A DNA stretch of 64,000 nt, taken from the NCBI GenBank assembly GCA_963761335.1, contig CAVXGR010000018.1:704001-768000 (forward strand). Reading direction: 5' to 3'. Under the pieces are notes generated by a model. That model was not told where the DNA came from. It did not search any database and worked only from the letters and a program-made list of their open reading frames with translations. Of this stretch, positions 21,300 through 31,428 are shown one piece after another (position 1 is the first letter of the stretch; each line of letters starts with the position of its first letter). A program made the position numbers and the translations under genes. This DNA is from an uncultured delta proteobacterium (lineage in GTDB: Bacteria; Desulfobacterota; Binatia; HRBIN30; BPIQ01).

Positions 21300-21782
21300 T
21301 CAATGGCCTCCGGCAAAGCGGCCGAAGGCGTCGATCACCTCCGCCGGCGCTTGCACCAGCTCGATGAGCACCCCCTCGCCGCCGATCGGGGTGGCCTCGT
21401 TGCCCTTCGGGTGAATGAAGCAGATGTCGAAGCCGGCGGCGCCCTTGCGAATGCCGCCCGGGGTGAAGCGCACGCCGCGGCTGCTGAGCCATTCCACGGC
21501 GGCGTGCAGATCGTCGATCCACAGGCCGATGTGGTTCAGTGCCGGGTCGTGCACCCGCGGCTTCTTGTCGGCGTCGATCGGCTGCATCAGATCGACCTCG
21601 ACCTTGAGCGGCCCGGCCCCGGCGACGACGATGTCCTCGTCGACGTTCTCGGATTCGCTGCGGAAGTTGCCGGCCGGCGCCAGGCCGAGAGTGTCGACCC
21701 ACAGGCGCCGCAACGCCCCCTTGTCGAGACCGCCGACGGCGATCTGCTGCACTCCCAGCACCCGGAAAGGTCGTTCGCTCAC
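21300..21782 (-). CDS. VOC/glyoxalase-family protein (methylmalonyl-CoA epimerase-like)
   Basis: [32 protein letters not shown]. Confidence 0.85.
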   Translation of the reverse strand: MSERPFRVLGVQQIAVGGLDKGALRRLWVDTLGLAPAGNFRSESENVDEDIVVAGAGPLKVEVDLMQPIDADKKPRVHDPALNHIGLWIDDLHAAVEWLSSRGVRFTPGGIRKGAAGFDICFIHPKGNEATPIGGEGVLIELVQAPAEVIDAFGRFAGGH

Positions 21783-21943
21783 GGACTCTTGCTCCTCTCG
21801 ATGGCCGCCAGCCTAGCGACAGCGGCGCGGTGAGACAAGGAGACTGCACGCAGGAGACTGCACGCGGGAAGGCGAGGCATTCGGGAGGGCGAGGTCACCG
21901 AGGAGCCTCATTCCTTATTTTCGCGTGCCGGCTCGCGGGCCGA

Positions 21944-21993
21944 GTAGAAGCGGCGTCTCGCCGCTTCGGAAAGCGCCGGGACGGCGCTTCTAC
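21944..21993. repeat. GTAG-type REP doublet (REPIN-like)
   Basis: GTAGAAGCGGCGTCTCGCCGCTT..AAGCGCCGGGACGGCGCTTCTAC. Confidence 0.8.
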
Positions 21994-22073
21994 TTTGGTT
22001 TTACCATCAGGGTGCCGAGAGGGTGAGGCAAGGGGACAATGTGGCATTGGAGCTGACCAAGCTGGCGCCACTC

Positions 22074-22123
22074 GCAGAACAAACGGAAAACGACGGGATG
22101 AGAACCGGGAATGAGAACGAGAA
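22074..22123. repeat. Single arm of MITE-like family A
   Basis: GGAAAACGACGGGATGAGAACCGGGAATGAGAACG. Confidence 0.75.
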
Positions 22124-22157
22124 TCAGGCTCCTCGGTGGCCTCGCCCTTCCAAGCCC

Positions 22158-23498
22158 CTACAGCCATCTGCCGCTCTCGTAGCGGCGATCCTCGGCGTGC
22201 AGGTATCCGAGGATGGCCTTGCTGACGGCGTAGCGGAGCGGCTCGGGGGGCCAGGGGACGACGCGGCGGTTGACGAACCAGACGTCGGTCAGGTCGGTGG
22301 TTCGCTCGAGGATGAGATCGGCGATGGTCTGGCCGTTCAGATGGGTCAGGGAGACGCCGTGGCCGACGCAACCGACGCTGTACACCGCCCGCTTGTCGCC
22401 GATGAAGCCGATCGCCGGCACCATTTGCGTGGTGACCGAGACGGGACCGCCCCAGCGATGCGTGAAGCGAACCCCGGCGAGAGTGGGGAAGAGCTGCACC
22501 ACGTCGCGCTCCAGATCGGCGAAGACGCGGTCGTTGCGATCCCGATTCATGTCCCGGCCATAGGCGAGGGTGACGTCGCTGCCGCCCATGGCCAGGCGGT
22601 TGTCCGCGGTCAGGCGGAAGTAGTGCACCAGGTTGCGGGCGTCCTCGATCCCCTGGCGGTTCTTCCAGCCGATCGAATCGAGCTGCGCCGCCGTCAGTGG
22701 CTCGGTGACCACCATGTGCGTGAACACGGGGGCCTGCTTGAGCCAGAGCTCGGGGATCAGGTGGGAGTAGGCGTTGGTGGCGAGCACGATCTTGTCGGCG
22801 GTGAGGCGGCCTTCGGGGGTGGTGAGGGTGAAGGGGCGGCCGCGGTTGATCTGCACGACGGGCGTGCCCTCGTACACCATCGCCCCCGCCTCCTGCGCCA
22901 CTCGCTTCAGCTCGCGCACGTGCTTGGCGGGATTGATCAGCCCGCAGCGCGGCTCCCACCAGGCGCCGAGAAACATCGGCGAGTCGACCTCGGCGCGCAC
23001 GGCGGCGGCGTCGAGCCACTCGATGCCGCTGATCCCCATGTCGGTGAGCAGATCCATGGCGTGTTGGATACGGATGGCGTACTGGGGCGTGGTGGCGACG
23101 CGCAGAAAGCCGGGGAACCAGTAATCGGACTGCATCTGGTGCTCGCGGACCATGGCGTCGACGAGGTCGACCGAGCGTTCCATGTAGCGGTGCGCGTCGA
23201 CGGTGCGCTGCTTGCCGAAGAGCAGCTTGGTGACCGCCGGCTCGAAGCCGAAGAGGGTCATGGAGAAGCCGCCGTTGCGGCCGCTGGCGCCGTAGCCGAC
23301 GACCTCCGCCTCGAGCACGGCGACGCTCATGCCGGCGTCGGCGCGCCGCAGATGATAGGCCGTCGACAGCCCGGTGAAGCCGGCGCCGACGATGGCGACA
23401 TCGACCTTGAAGTCGCCTCGCAGGGTGGCGTTGGCCATGTAGGGCCCGTAGGTCGATAGCCAGAAGGACTTGTCACTGTGGTCTTTCAGCCGTGCCAT
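22158..23498 (-). CDS. FAD-dependent oxidoreductase, DAO/PuuB-like
   Basis: [27 protein letters not shown]. Confidence 0.85.
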   Translation of the reverse strand: MARLKDHSDKSFWLSTYGPYMANATLRGDFKVDVAIVGAGFTGLSTAYHLRRADAGMSVAVLEAEVVGYGASGRNGGFSMTLFGFEPAVTKLLFGKQRTVDAHRYMERSVDLVDAMVREHQMQSDYWFPGFLRVATTPQYAIRIQHAMDLLTDMGISGIEWLDAAAVRAEVDSPMFLGAWWEPRCGLINPAKHVRELKRVAQEAGAMVYEGTPVVQINRGRPFTLTTPEGRLTADKIVLATNAYSHLIPELWLKQAPVFTHMVVTEPLTAAQLDSIGWKNRQGIEDARNLVHYFRLTADNRLAMGGSDVTLAYGRDMNRDRNDRVFADLERDVVQLFPTLAGVRFTHRWGGPVSVTTQMVPAIGFIGDKRAVYSVGCVGHGVSLTHLNGQTIADLILERTTDLTDVWFVNRRVVPWPPEPLRYAVSKAILGYLHAEDRRYESGRWL

Positions 23499-23608
23499 CG
23501 CATCCCTCCGTCATGTGCCGGGAGGACTCTATCACTTTGCCATCCTCGCGAAAGGCGGGGCGGAAGATGACACTGGGCGAGCCCAACGGGGAACGTCCAT
23601 CTCTATCT

Positions 23609-23757
23609 TCTCGTTCCCGGTTCTCATTCCCGGTTCTCATCCCGTCGTTTTCCATTCGCTCTGACAGCCGCGAGTAACCCGCGGCTGGCGGGATTTCACG
23701 CCGCTGGCAGAACAATGGAAAACGACGGGATGAGAACCGGGAATGAGAACGGAGAAC
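23609..23757. repeat. MITE-like family A element, complete copy
   Basis: About 40-nt inverted arms; the interior resembles the reverse complement of the 38598-38742 interior. Confidence 0.8.
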
Positions 23758-23773
23758 GTGGGGAGAGCCGAGC

Positions 23774-26700
23774 TCAGTGGATTGGCGGCGGTGCCGACGA
23801 GGCGATCTGCTCGACGCGCGCCGGCGAATCGTCGCTCGGCTCCTTGCTCGGCGGCACGCGCAGGCGCGTGTTGATCGCCGGCGCCGAGAGCTTCAGCACC
23901 GCCAGCGCCAGGGCGCTGGTGAAGTGGTACTTGTCGGCCTCGCGCCCGGGAACGATGGCGGTCACCACGCCGAAGTAGCGGTCGCCGATGTAGAAGACGA
24001 AGGTGGCCGTGCGGTTGATGGCGTGCGAGGAGATGACACCGCCCCAGCGGTTGAACTTCGAGTAGCGGTTGTCCCCCGAGCCCGTCTTGCCGCCGACCAC
24101 GACGGGCTTGCCGTCCGGGCCGACGAAGGCGTCGTACACGCGGCGCCCCGTGCCTGCGGCGACCACGCGGGTGAGAGCGGCGCGCAGCGTTTCCGCCACC
24201 TCCGGCTCCATCACCCGCTCGCCGCGATGGGGCTCCGGGGTGAACACGGTCTCGTACGGAGTTCCCTTGGCGAAGTGGAGCTGGGTCATGCGCACCTCCG
24301 GGCGCCGCAGGCCGCCGTTGACGATGATGCCCATCAATTCGGCGAGCGCCGCCGGCCGATCCGAGGAGCTGCCGATCGCCGTGGCGTACGAGGCCAGCAG
24401 GTGCCGGAACGGAAAGCCGAGGCGCTGCCAGTACGGCGTCATGCGGGCGAAGGCGTCCTTCTCGATCTGGATGCGGAGGCGGGTATTTTGCGAGCTGCGG
24501 TTGCGCGTCTTCATCAGCCAGCGCCCCACCACTTGCCGCGCCGGGTCGGCGCGCGCCACCAGCTCCTCGAAGTCGAGATGCGGGTGCTGTATCAGCTCGC
24601 CCGCGGCCCAGAGCTCCACCGGATGCCGCGACAGCAGGTATCCCCAGTCGGCGAGAGTCAGGCGCGGGTTGTCGTAGGCGTGCCAGAGCTTCACGACCTC
24701 CTCGTTGGTGAGGTCGTCGAAGCGCGAGTGCAGGTAGCGGCCGAGGTCGGCGATGGTCGCCCCGCGATGCCAGGCCAGATAAAGGATGGCGCGGTGGCGC
24801 GGGGAGGTCGCCTTCGAGCGCAGCAGGCGATCCGCGATCTCCTCGGGCTGCAGGCCGGCGTAGCGGCGATAGGAGCGCCACAGGTGCAGCCGCGTCTCGC
24901 TCTCGGCCATTTCCTCGAGCATCTGGCGCCGCATCGGGCTATCGAAGTCGGTGAGGACCTCCTTGACGTCGTAGGGAAGCCGCGCCTCGTGATAGCGAAC
25001 CAGATCGCGCATCAGGCGGATGAACACCAGATTCACCGAGTTCTGCAGCGCCACCTTCAGGGAGAGGATGCGGCCGTTGTCGATGGGATCGAAGTTCTCG
25101 AAGCTGTGCAGCCCGCCGCCGGTGAAGAACTGCTCGTAGGGGCTGGCGGAGTAGCGGCGTTCCATGGCCTCGTCCAGCAGCGCCGAGAGCTCGATCGCGG
25201 GGCTCTGACTCAGCTGGGTCGCCACCCAACGGGTGATCGGATCGCGCGCGTCCCCGAGGCGCTGCCGCAGGGCGGCGGCATTCAATGGCAACATCTCCCG
25301 ATAGAGCATGGCGATGATCTCGAGATAGTGCGCCAGGGTGCGCAGCTTGGCGGTGCTGCCGAGCTCCAGCTTCACCCCTTCGTTCATGTCGAAGGGGCGG
25401 TCGAGGTTGTCGGCCTGAATGCGCAGCACGTTCCCCTCGGGAGCGCGCTCGAAGAGCAGCACGCTGTAGATCACGTCCTTTGGGTCGGAGCTCTGCAGCA
25501 GCCGCTCTCCGGTGAGACCGTTGGCCTTGATGAAGGAGGGCTCGGCGAGATTGCGCAGCAGCGCCGAGATCTTGCTCTGCAGCGACGCGTCGATGGTGCT
25601 GCGCACCTGCAGGTGCAGGTGGTCCAGCTCGTACAGACTGGGAACCCCGAGCCACTGCACGAGCGAGTTGCGGATGGCGTTCGGCGCCTTCTGGTCGACG
25701 AAAGACGTGGGCGGCGGCGCCGGCGACCGATCCAGAAAGACGATCGGGGTCGCGTGGAGGGCCTCGGCGAAGCTGGTGTCGATCACCCCGGCCTTGGCGA
25801 GCAGGTCGGTGTACTCGTCGACGCGGGCGTTGAGACCGTCGCGATCGGAGATCAGATAGGTCGCCGGACTGCGCAGCGAGGCCAGCAGCGCCAGGACGTG
25901 CTTGTAGGCGTGCACTTTGGCCGGCGTCATCTCCTGCGAGTTGAGCGCTTGGCGGACGGCGGAGAGCTCCAGCCCGAACCAGGCGTAGAGGCCGTTGCCG
26001 AGCCCGTACACCTCGCCGTAGCCGGGCGCTCCCGCAAGCGGCAGCGTGTTGAGGTAGTCGACCACGATCTCGTGTCGCCGCATGCGCGTGTCGGGCCCGT
26101 CGCGGTAGACCTTGAGACTGGCCGCGGCCATCTGCCGCAGCTTGTCGAGGCCGGACTTGGTTCGGCCGAGAGGCGAGTGCCGGTACTTCTCCAGCTGGGT
26201 CGCCAGCGTGCTGCCCCCCTCGAGAGAGAAGGGCAGGCCGAGCTTGCGCCCGGCGAAGGTCAGCGATGCCTTCGCCAGCCGATCCCACTCGATCACCGGG
26301 TTGGTGCGTGGGTCGGCGGGCGACAGCAGCTGCCGGTCTTCCATGAAGAGGAGGGTGTAGGTGAGCAGATAGGGAACGTCGTCGAACTGTTGGAAGAGGC
26401 GCTCGCTCTTTACGCCGTCGTAGAGGAGCGCCCCGTCGACGCCCCGAATGACGAGGCCAGTGGCCGACGGCTCGCGGTACGGCGGGGGAATGCCCGCCTC
26501 CAGCAGCGCCGCCAGCTGCCGCGACTGCCGCGTCTGCCGCTCGACCTGGAAGCCCAGGGCCGCGAGCCGCTTTTCGAAATCGGGAAGCTGCGAGTAGCCG
26601 CGGCGGTAGTCGAAGGGACCGTTCTCCGGAAAGACGATGCGCGGGCTCGGTCCGGAGCCGACCTCGTAGGTGAGATGGCGGGCGTACTCGGAGAGAAGGT

Positions 26701-26899
26701 ACGATTGAATGGCCGACGTATGCGCCTCATACGCGATCGCGCCACACGCCAGCAGGACGCCGGCGACGATGGCCACTCCGCTCAGGAAGCGGAGCAGGCG
26801 TGTGCCTCGGGAGCCGAGCGGGGAGGGAACAGCGGGCGCTTCGGGACTCGTCGGTTCGCTGGAAACGGCGGGTGTGGTCAACAAGGGCTTGGTTTGCAC
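23774..26899 (-). CDS. Class A penicillin-binding protein-like (transglycosylase + transpeptidase)
   Basis: TM anchor; MEDRQL and GGSTLATQLEK (transglycosylase motifs); STAK, SVN, KTG (transpeptidase motifs); start uncertain (GTG 26899 chosen). Confidence 0.8.
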   Translation of the reverse strand: MQTKPLLTTPAVSSEPTSPEAPAVPSPLGSRGTRLLRFLSGVAIVAGVLLACGAIAYEAHTSAIQSYLLSEYARHLTYEVGSGPSPRIVFPENGPFDYRRGYSQLPDFEKRLAALGFQVERQTRQSRQLAALLEAGIPPPYREPSATGLVIRGVDGALLYDGVKSERLFQQFDDVPYLLTYTLLFMEDRQLLSPADPRTNPVIEWDRLAKASLTFAGRKLGLPFSLEGGSTLATQLEKYRHSPLGRTKSGLDKLRQMAAASLKVYRDGPDTRMRRHEIVVDYLNTLPLAGAPGYGEVYGLGNGLYAWFGLELSAVRQALNSQEMTPAKVHAYKHVLALLASLRSPATYLISDRDGLNARVDEYTDLLAKAGVIDTSFAEALHATPIVFLDRSPAPPPTSFVDQKAPNAIRNSLVQWLGVPSLYELDHLHLQVRSTIDASLQSKISALLRNLAEPSFIKANGLTGERLLQSSDPKDVIYSVLLFERAPEGNVLRIQADNLDRPFDMNEGVKLELGSTAKLRTLAHYLEIIAMLYREMLPLNAAALRQRLGDARDPITRWVATQLSQSPAIELSALLDEAMERRYSASPYEQFFTGGGLHSFENFDPIDNGRILSLKVALQNSVNLVFIRLMRDLVRYHEARLPYDVKEVLTDFDSPMRRQMLEEMAESETRLHLWRSYRRYAGLQPEEIADRLLRSKATSPRHRAILYLAWHRGATIADLGRYLHSRFDDLTNEEVVKLWHAYDNPRLTLADWGYLLSRHPVELWAAGELIQHPHLDFEELVARADPARQVVGRWLMKTRNRSSQNTRLRIQIEKDAFARMTPYWQRLGFPFRHLLASYATAIGSSSDRPAALAELMGIIVNGGLRRPEVRMTQLHFAKGTPYETVFTPEPHRGERVMEPEVAETLRAALTRVVAAGTGRRVYDAFVGPDGKPVVVGGKTGSGDNRYSKFNRWGGVISSHAINRTATFVFYIGDRYFGVVTAIVPGREADKYHFTSALALAVLKLSAPAINTRLRVPPSKEPSDDSPARVEQIASSAPPPIH

Positions 26900-27144
26900 G
26901 TCGCGATCATTCGACCCAGAAGAAGCGGCACGCGCACTCGGCCACAATAGCCTCTCCGAGGCGAGTGGTCGAGTGGAGGAATGCCCGCAGGGCAGCCCTC
27001 TCGAAGAAAATTGCCAGGCGGCGACTCGGTCGGCGGCGACGCCGGTGCCTGACCGCCTCGCTCTTGGCCGGGAAGAACCCGGTACCTCCGCATCCCCACC
27101 TCCTCGTGCGGCGCCCCATAGCACAGCCGGCGGGAAAGAAAAGG

Positions 27145-27230
27145 GGTTGTTGGTTGCTACGTTGTTAGGTTGTTAGGTCAGCTCACCCCTTCTTACCAAC
27201 AACCAACAACGTAACAACCCAACGACCTTC
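27145..27230. repeat. GTTGTT(A/G)G-unit hairpin repeat, family B
   Basis: 27188-27230 is the near-exact reverse complement of 46152-46194. Confidence 0.75.
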
Positions 27231-27415
27231 GGCGGCGGCACCGTGGGCTCGATTCGTCGGGCAAAGCCAGTTGTGACCCCCCCGGGCTGCGAATCGCGGA
27301 GATCGCCAGCGTATTTTGGCACCGCCGCCACCGGCTTGTCGCCCTGCGACACTTGGCGGGTTTACATGGCGCTGCCCCCCTTTGGCCTTCCCGTGCCACC
27401 GTTGCTTTTGGGAGG

Positions 27416-27431
27416 TGGAATGGTAGTTGCT
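27416..27431 (+). promoter_or_regulatory. Candidate sigma-54 promoter
   Basis: TGGAAT-N5-TTGCT (GG-N10-GC) upstream of ATG 27466. Confidence 0.4.
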
Positions 27432-27465
27432 CAATCGGCGGTGTGGTATGGGGTTTTCTCGAAAT

Positions 27466-30400
27466 ATGAGAGGTGGGTGGTGGGCGGCCGCGGCCGTTTG
27501 TGGGTGTCTTCTCGGCTTGGTAGCGCCGCTTTGGGCGGCGGAGGTCGATGTGGCCCTCAGCGGACAGGCGACGCAGTCGAGCACGGGTTACGGCGGCGAG
27601 GCCACGCGGGCCATCGACGGCGTCGTCGACGGCGCTTGGTCGTCGAGCTCGGTGACCCACACCTTCTCTGACCAGAACGCCTGGTGGGAGGTCGATCTTG
27701 GCGGCGCCGTGACCATCGACCGCATCGACGTATGGCCGCGCACGGACTGCTGCCAGGATCGTCTCCGCGATTTCTATGTCTTCGTCTCGGACGTGCCGTT
27801 CGCGTCGACGGATCCGTCGGCGACCCAGCAGCAGACCGGCGTCTCGAGCTACGTCGTTTCCGGCGTGGCAAGCGGCCTCCGCAGCGTCGCCGTGAATCGG
27901 ACTGGTCGCTATGTGCGCGTCCAGCTGAGCACCACGGATTACCTCTCTCTGGCCGAGGTGCAGGTGTGGGAGACGACCCCGACGCCGACTCCGGAGGGAG
28001 GCGGCAGCGGCAATCTCGCGCTCGGCAAGAACGCGAGCCAGTCGAGCAGCCCGTTCGGGGCGCCCGCGGCGCTGGCCGTCGACGGCAACCGCAGCGGCGA
28101 CTGGGCGGACGGCTCCGTCACCCATACCGGCTTCGAGCCGCAGGCCTGGTGGCAGCTGGATCTCGGCGCCGTTGATTCGCTCGGCGCGGTGGACATCTGG
28201 CCACGCACGGACTGCTGTCAGGGCCGTCTCCGCGACTTCTACGTGCTCGTGTCGGATGAGCCGTTCGTCTCCACCGATCTGAACGCGGTGCTGGCGCAGC
28301 CGGGAGTGAGTAGCTTCTTCGTTTCCGGGATTGCCTCGTCTCGCACTACCGTGCCGCTGGGCCGCAGCGGTCGCCACCTGCGCGTGCAGCTGAGCGGCAG
28401 CGACTACCTCTCGCTTGCCGAGGTTGAGGTATGGCCGGCACTCGGGGCGCCGGCGACGCCGAGCCCGACTCCGAGCCCGGCGGCGGCCGATACGCCGACG
28501 GTGCCTGCCGGCGCCCAGGGAAACCTGGCGTTCGGCGCCGCCGCGACGCAATCGAGTAGTCCCTTCGACGCCCCCGCCGGGCGGGCCGTGGACGGCGACA
28601 CCGATGGCCAGTGGGCGAATGCCTCGGTGACCCACACCGACTTCGATCCGCAGGCGTGGTGGCAGGTCGATCTCGGTGCCGTGCGCGCTATCGGTGCCGT
28701 CGACGTCTGGCCGCGCACCGACTGCTGCCAGGACCGACTCCGCGACTTCTATGTGCTGGTCTCCAGCGATCCGTTCGTCTCCACCGATCTGAATGCGGTG
28801 CTGGGGCAGCCGGGAGTGAGCAGCTTCTTCGTCTCCGGCGTGGCCGCCGCCCGCACCACCATCCCCTTCGGCGGCAGCGGCCGCTACGTGCGCGTGCAGC
28901 TGACGGGCCAGAACTATCTGTCGCTCGCCGAGGTCGAGGTCTGGGACCCGAGCGTTCTGCCGCCGACGGCGACGCCATCGGCGAGCCACACGGCCACGCC
29001 GACCGCCACCGAGCCGCCGACTTTCACGGCGACGGCAACGGCCACCTCCACCGTCACCTGGACGCCGACTGCGGCCTTCACCTCGACGGTTACGGGCACG
29101 CCGACGCGGACGCCGACGGTCACCGCGACCGGGACGAGGACGCGCACGCCGACGCGCACCGGCACGCCGACGCGCACGGCGACGTCGACGCGAACCCCGA
29201 CGCTGACGCGCACGCCGACGTGGACGATCTCGCCGACGCCGACGCGGACACCGACGATCACGCAAACCGTAGCGGCGAGCCCGACGCCGACGTGGACGGT
29301 CACGCCCACCTGCGCCGCGGGTCTGCAGTGGGATCTGTCGACGCCGCAGGTGATCGCCAGTCAGCCGGGAGGCGAGGTGTGGCTCACCAAGGCCATCGCC
29401 ACTGAGTCCGGCTGGGGCGTCTTCTGGCTGCGCTCTGATCCGGAGGCACCCTCGGAGGCGCGCGTCTACTATGCCCACGTCGACTTCGCCGGCGGCATCG
29501 ACGTCGGGCCCATGTTGCTGGTCGGCGTACCCCGCATTCCCTGGCGCGGCCGCTACTACAACGTCGCCTGGAATGGCGACCACTACGGCTTGATCACCGC
29601 GGACCAGAGCACCCTGTACTATTACAACCTCTCCTTCGACGGATTGCTCAGCGGCAAGAGAAGCGTCGGCCCGCGCCTGTTCATCTCCGACGTCTACGAC
29701 CAGGAAGCGGACAGCGACTTCAAGGCCTACTCCGGCGGCTGGGTCGGCGTCATCGAGGGCGACTGTCTGGGCCACTCCTGCGCCTACGCCTTCCGTCTCC
29801 TCAGTGACGGTACGCCTTCGGGCTCGATCTACGACCTCGTGGACGCCGATCTGACGCACCAGTTCTGGCCGCGGGTGGCCTTCGACGGCGCCGGGATGAC
29901 GGTGATCAGCGTCAAGGACATCGACATCTACAACGGCGGCGTGGTCACCAAGTACTTCCACGCTCCGTGGTCCTCGCCCGACACGCGCTACAAGGTGGTG
30001 CCGCGCAAGGAGTACCTCTGGGACGAGTATCCGGAGATCGCCTGGAACGGCGACCACTACGGGGCGATCTGGACGGAGGTGACGCAGCGGCCCAACTCGA
30101 GCAAGCCGCCGGTCTCGTGGCAGATCCATTTCGCCACCTTCCACCGCGGCTGGCAGAGCGGCAGCACCATCGCCGATCGCGTCATCAGCGTCACCACCGA
30201 CAAGTCGCCGTTCCGCTGGAACAAGCGCATCCACGCTCTCGGCACCGACTGGCTGGTGCACTACTCCGAGTGGCAGGAGAACGCCGAGCCGCTGGCGGTG
30301 TTCGAGCTGCTCGATAGCCAGGGCAATACGCTGGCGCGGATGACGCCGTACACACTGTCCGCCGACGCTCTGGGCTCGGACATCAATTACTCCGGACCGG

Positions 30401-30492
30401 TGGCGGGCCGCCTCGGAATCGCCAAGGGCGACATGCGCGACGGTGTCAGCACGATCACATTCCAGACGCTCGACCCGCCCGTGTGCCGCTGA
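27466..30492 (+). CDS. Secreted protein: three F-type (fucolectin/discoidin-fold) lectin domains, Thr/Pro linker, unknown C-terminal beta-repeat domain
   Basis: Signal peptide; three H-X26-R-X-D-X4-R motifs (PRTDCCQDR/QGR); TPT repeats about 28960-29310; AWNGDHYG repeated in the C-terminus. Confidence 0.85.
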   Translation: MRGGWWAAAAVCGCLLGLVAPLWAAEVDVALSGQATQSSTGYGGEATRAIDGVVDGAWSSSSVTHTFSDQNAWWEVDLGGAVTIDRIDVWPRTDCCQDRLRDFYVFVSDVPFASTDPSATQQQTGVSSYVVSGVASGLRSVAVNRTGRYVRVQLSTTDYLSLAEVQVWETTPTPTPEGGGSGNLALGKNASQSSSPFGAPAALAVDGNRSGDWADGSVTHTGFEPQAWWQLDLGAVDSLGAVDIWPRTDCCQGRLRDFYVLVSDEPFVSTDLNAVLAQPGVSSFFVSGIASSRTTVPLGRSGRHLRVQLSGSDYLSLAEVEVWPALGAPATPSPTPSPAAADTPTVPAGAQGNLAFGAAATQSSSPFDAPAGRAVDGDTDGQWANASVTHTDFDPQAWWQVDLGAVRAIGAVDVWPRTDCCQDRLRDFYVLVSSDPFVSTDLNAVLGQPGVSSFFVSGVAAARTTIPFGGSGRYVRVQLTGQNYLSLAEVEVWDPSVLPPTATPSASHTATPTATEPPTFTATATATSTVTWTPTAAFTSTVTGTPTRTPTVTATGTRTRTPTRTGTPTRTATSTRTPTLTRTPTWTISPTPTRTPTITQTVAASPTPTWTVTPTCAAGLQWDLSTPQVIASQPGGEVWLTKAIATESGWGVFWLRSDPEAPSEARVYYAHVDFAGGIDVGPMLLVGVPRIPWRGRYYNVAWNGDHYGLITADQSTLYYYNLSFDGLLSGKRSVGPRLFISDVYDQEADSDFKAYSGGWVGVIEGDCLGHSCAYAFRLLSDGTPSGSIYDLVDADLTHQFWPRVAFDGAGMTVISVKDIDIYNGGVVTKYFHAPWSSPDTRYKVVPRKEYLWDEYPEIAWNGDHYGAIWTEVTQRPNSSKPPVSWQIHFATFHRGWQSGSTIADRVISVTTDKSPFRWNKRIHALGTDWLVHYSEWQENAEPLAVFELLDSQGNTLARMTPYTLSADALGSDINYSGPVAGRLGIAKGDMRDGVSTITFQTLDPPVCR

Positions 30493-30540
30493 GCGACTGC
30501 CGGTTGCGCTAATGGCGTCGCGGTGCCAGCCTGCGGGCTC

Positions 30541-31428
30541 GTGAAAGAGCCCGTATTTCCTGGAGCCCAGCCGCCGGCGCGCCACGCTGAGATCGAGTCG
30601 GCCGGTATTCGCCTGCACGCCCTCGAGTGGGGTGACCCCGGCGCTCCGCCGGTGCTCCTCTGCCACGGCATGTGGGACCATGCGCGCAGCTTCGCCGTGC
30701 TGGGGCCGCTGCTGGCGCGGCGCTTCCGGGTGGTGGCGCTCGACGCGCGCGGTCACGGCGAGTCCGCATGGGCGGACGAGTACAGCTGGCTGACCGACGT
30801 CCTCGACATCGTCAACGCGCTCCGCTGGCTCGGGCGTCCGGCGCACGTCGTCGGCCACAGCAAGGGAGGCGGGCAGGCGACCGATGCCGCTTCGGCGGCG
30901 CCCCACCTGGTGCGCAAGCTGGTCAACATCGACGGCTTTGGCCCGCCACCCCTGCCGCCGCCGGAGAAGCCGCTGCCGGAGCTGTTCGCCGACTATCTCG
31001 ACCACCGGCGGCGGGTGTACGAGCGCGGCGCCTGGCGCGCCTATGACAGCTTCGAGGATCTGGTCGAGCGCCGCCGCGCTCAGAATCCGCGCCTCGCCCG
31101 TGAGTGGCTGCGCTACTTCCTCTTCTACGCGGCGCGCCAGGACGAGGACGGCTGGCGATGGAGGGCGGACCCCTCGATGATCCACGGCTTCGGCCCCTGG
31201 CAGCCCGATTGGATCGGAACGTCGTATGCCGCTCTGCGGGTGCCGATGCTGGCGGTGATCGGTTCCGAGGCGGATACCTGGGGACCGCTGCCGGAAAAGG
31301 TTCTCGCCGAACGACTGGCGCACGTCGCCGATCTCCACCGGGTCACCGTGCGCGGCACCGGCCACTTCGTGCACATGGAGAATCCCGAGCAGACGGCGGC
31401 GGTGCTTCTCGACTTCCTGGAGAGCTGA
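30541..31428 (+). CDS. Alpha/beta hydrolase
   Basis: HGMWD, DARGHGES, GHSKGG, GHFVH; start uncertain. Confidence 0.85.
   Translation: MKEPVFPGAQPPARHAEIESAGIRLHALEWGDPGAPPVLLCHGMWDHARSFAVLGPLLARRFRVVALDARGHGESAWADEYSWLTDVLDIVNALRWLGRPAHVVGHSKGGGQATDAASAAPHLVRKLVNIDGFGPPPLPPPEKPLPELFADYLDHRRRVYERGAWRAYDSFEDLVERRRAQNPRLAREWLRYFLFYAARQDEDGWRWRADPSMIHGFGPWQPDWIGTSYAALRVPMLAVIGSEADTWGPLPEKVLAERLAHVADLHRVTVRGTGHFVHMENPEQTAAVLLDFLES

Noticed and set aside
23777..26950. 1057-aa plus-strand ORF
   Set aside because: Antisense shadow of the PBP gene, which carries the recognisable motifs.
27540..28950. Three similar lectin repeats, and the Rhs paralogues, as diversity-generating retroelement template/variable repeats
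   Set aside because: No reverse transcriptase is in the window, and the differences are not visibly adenine-specific.
28960..29310. ACGCCGACG-type tandem repeats as a possible array
   Set aside because: They encode the Thr/Pro linker in frame and have no repeat-spacer structure.
27193..31374. 1393-aa minus-strand ORF
   Set aside because: Antisense shadow of the lectin and hydrolase genes; no motifs; long stop-free antisense frames are expected at high GC.
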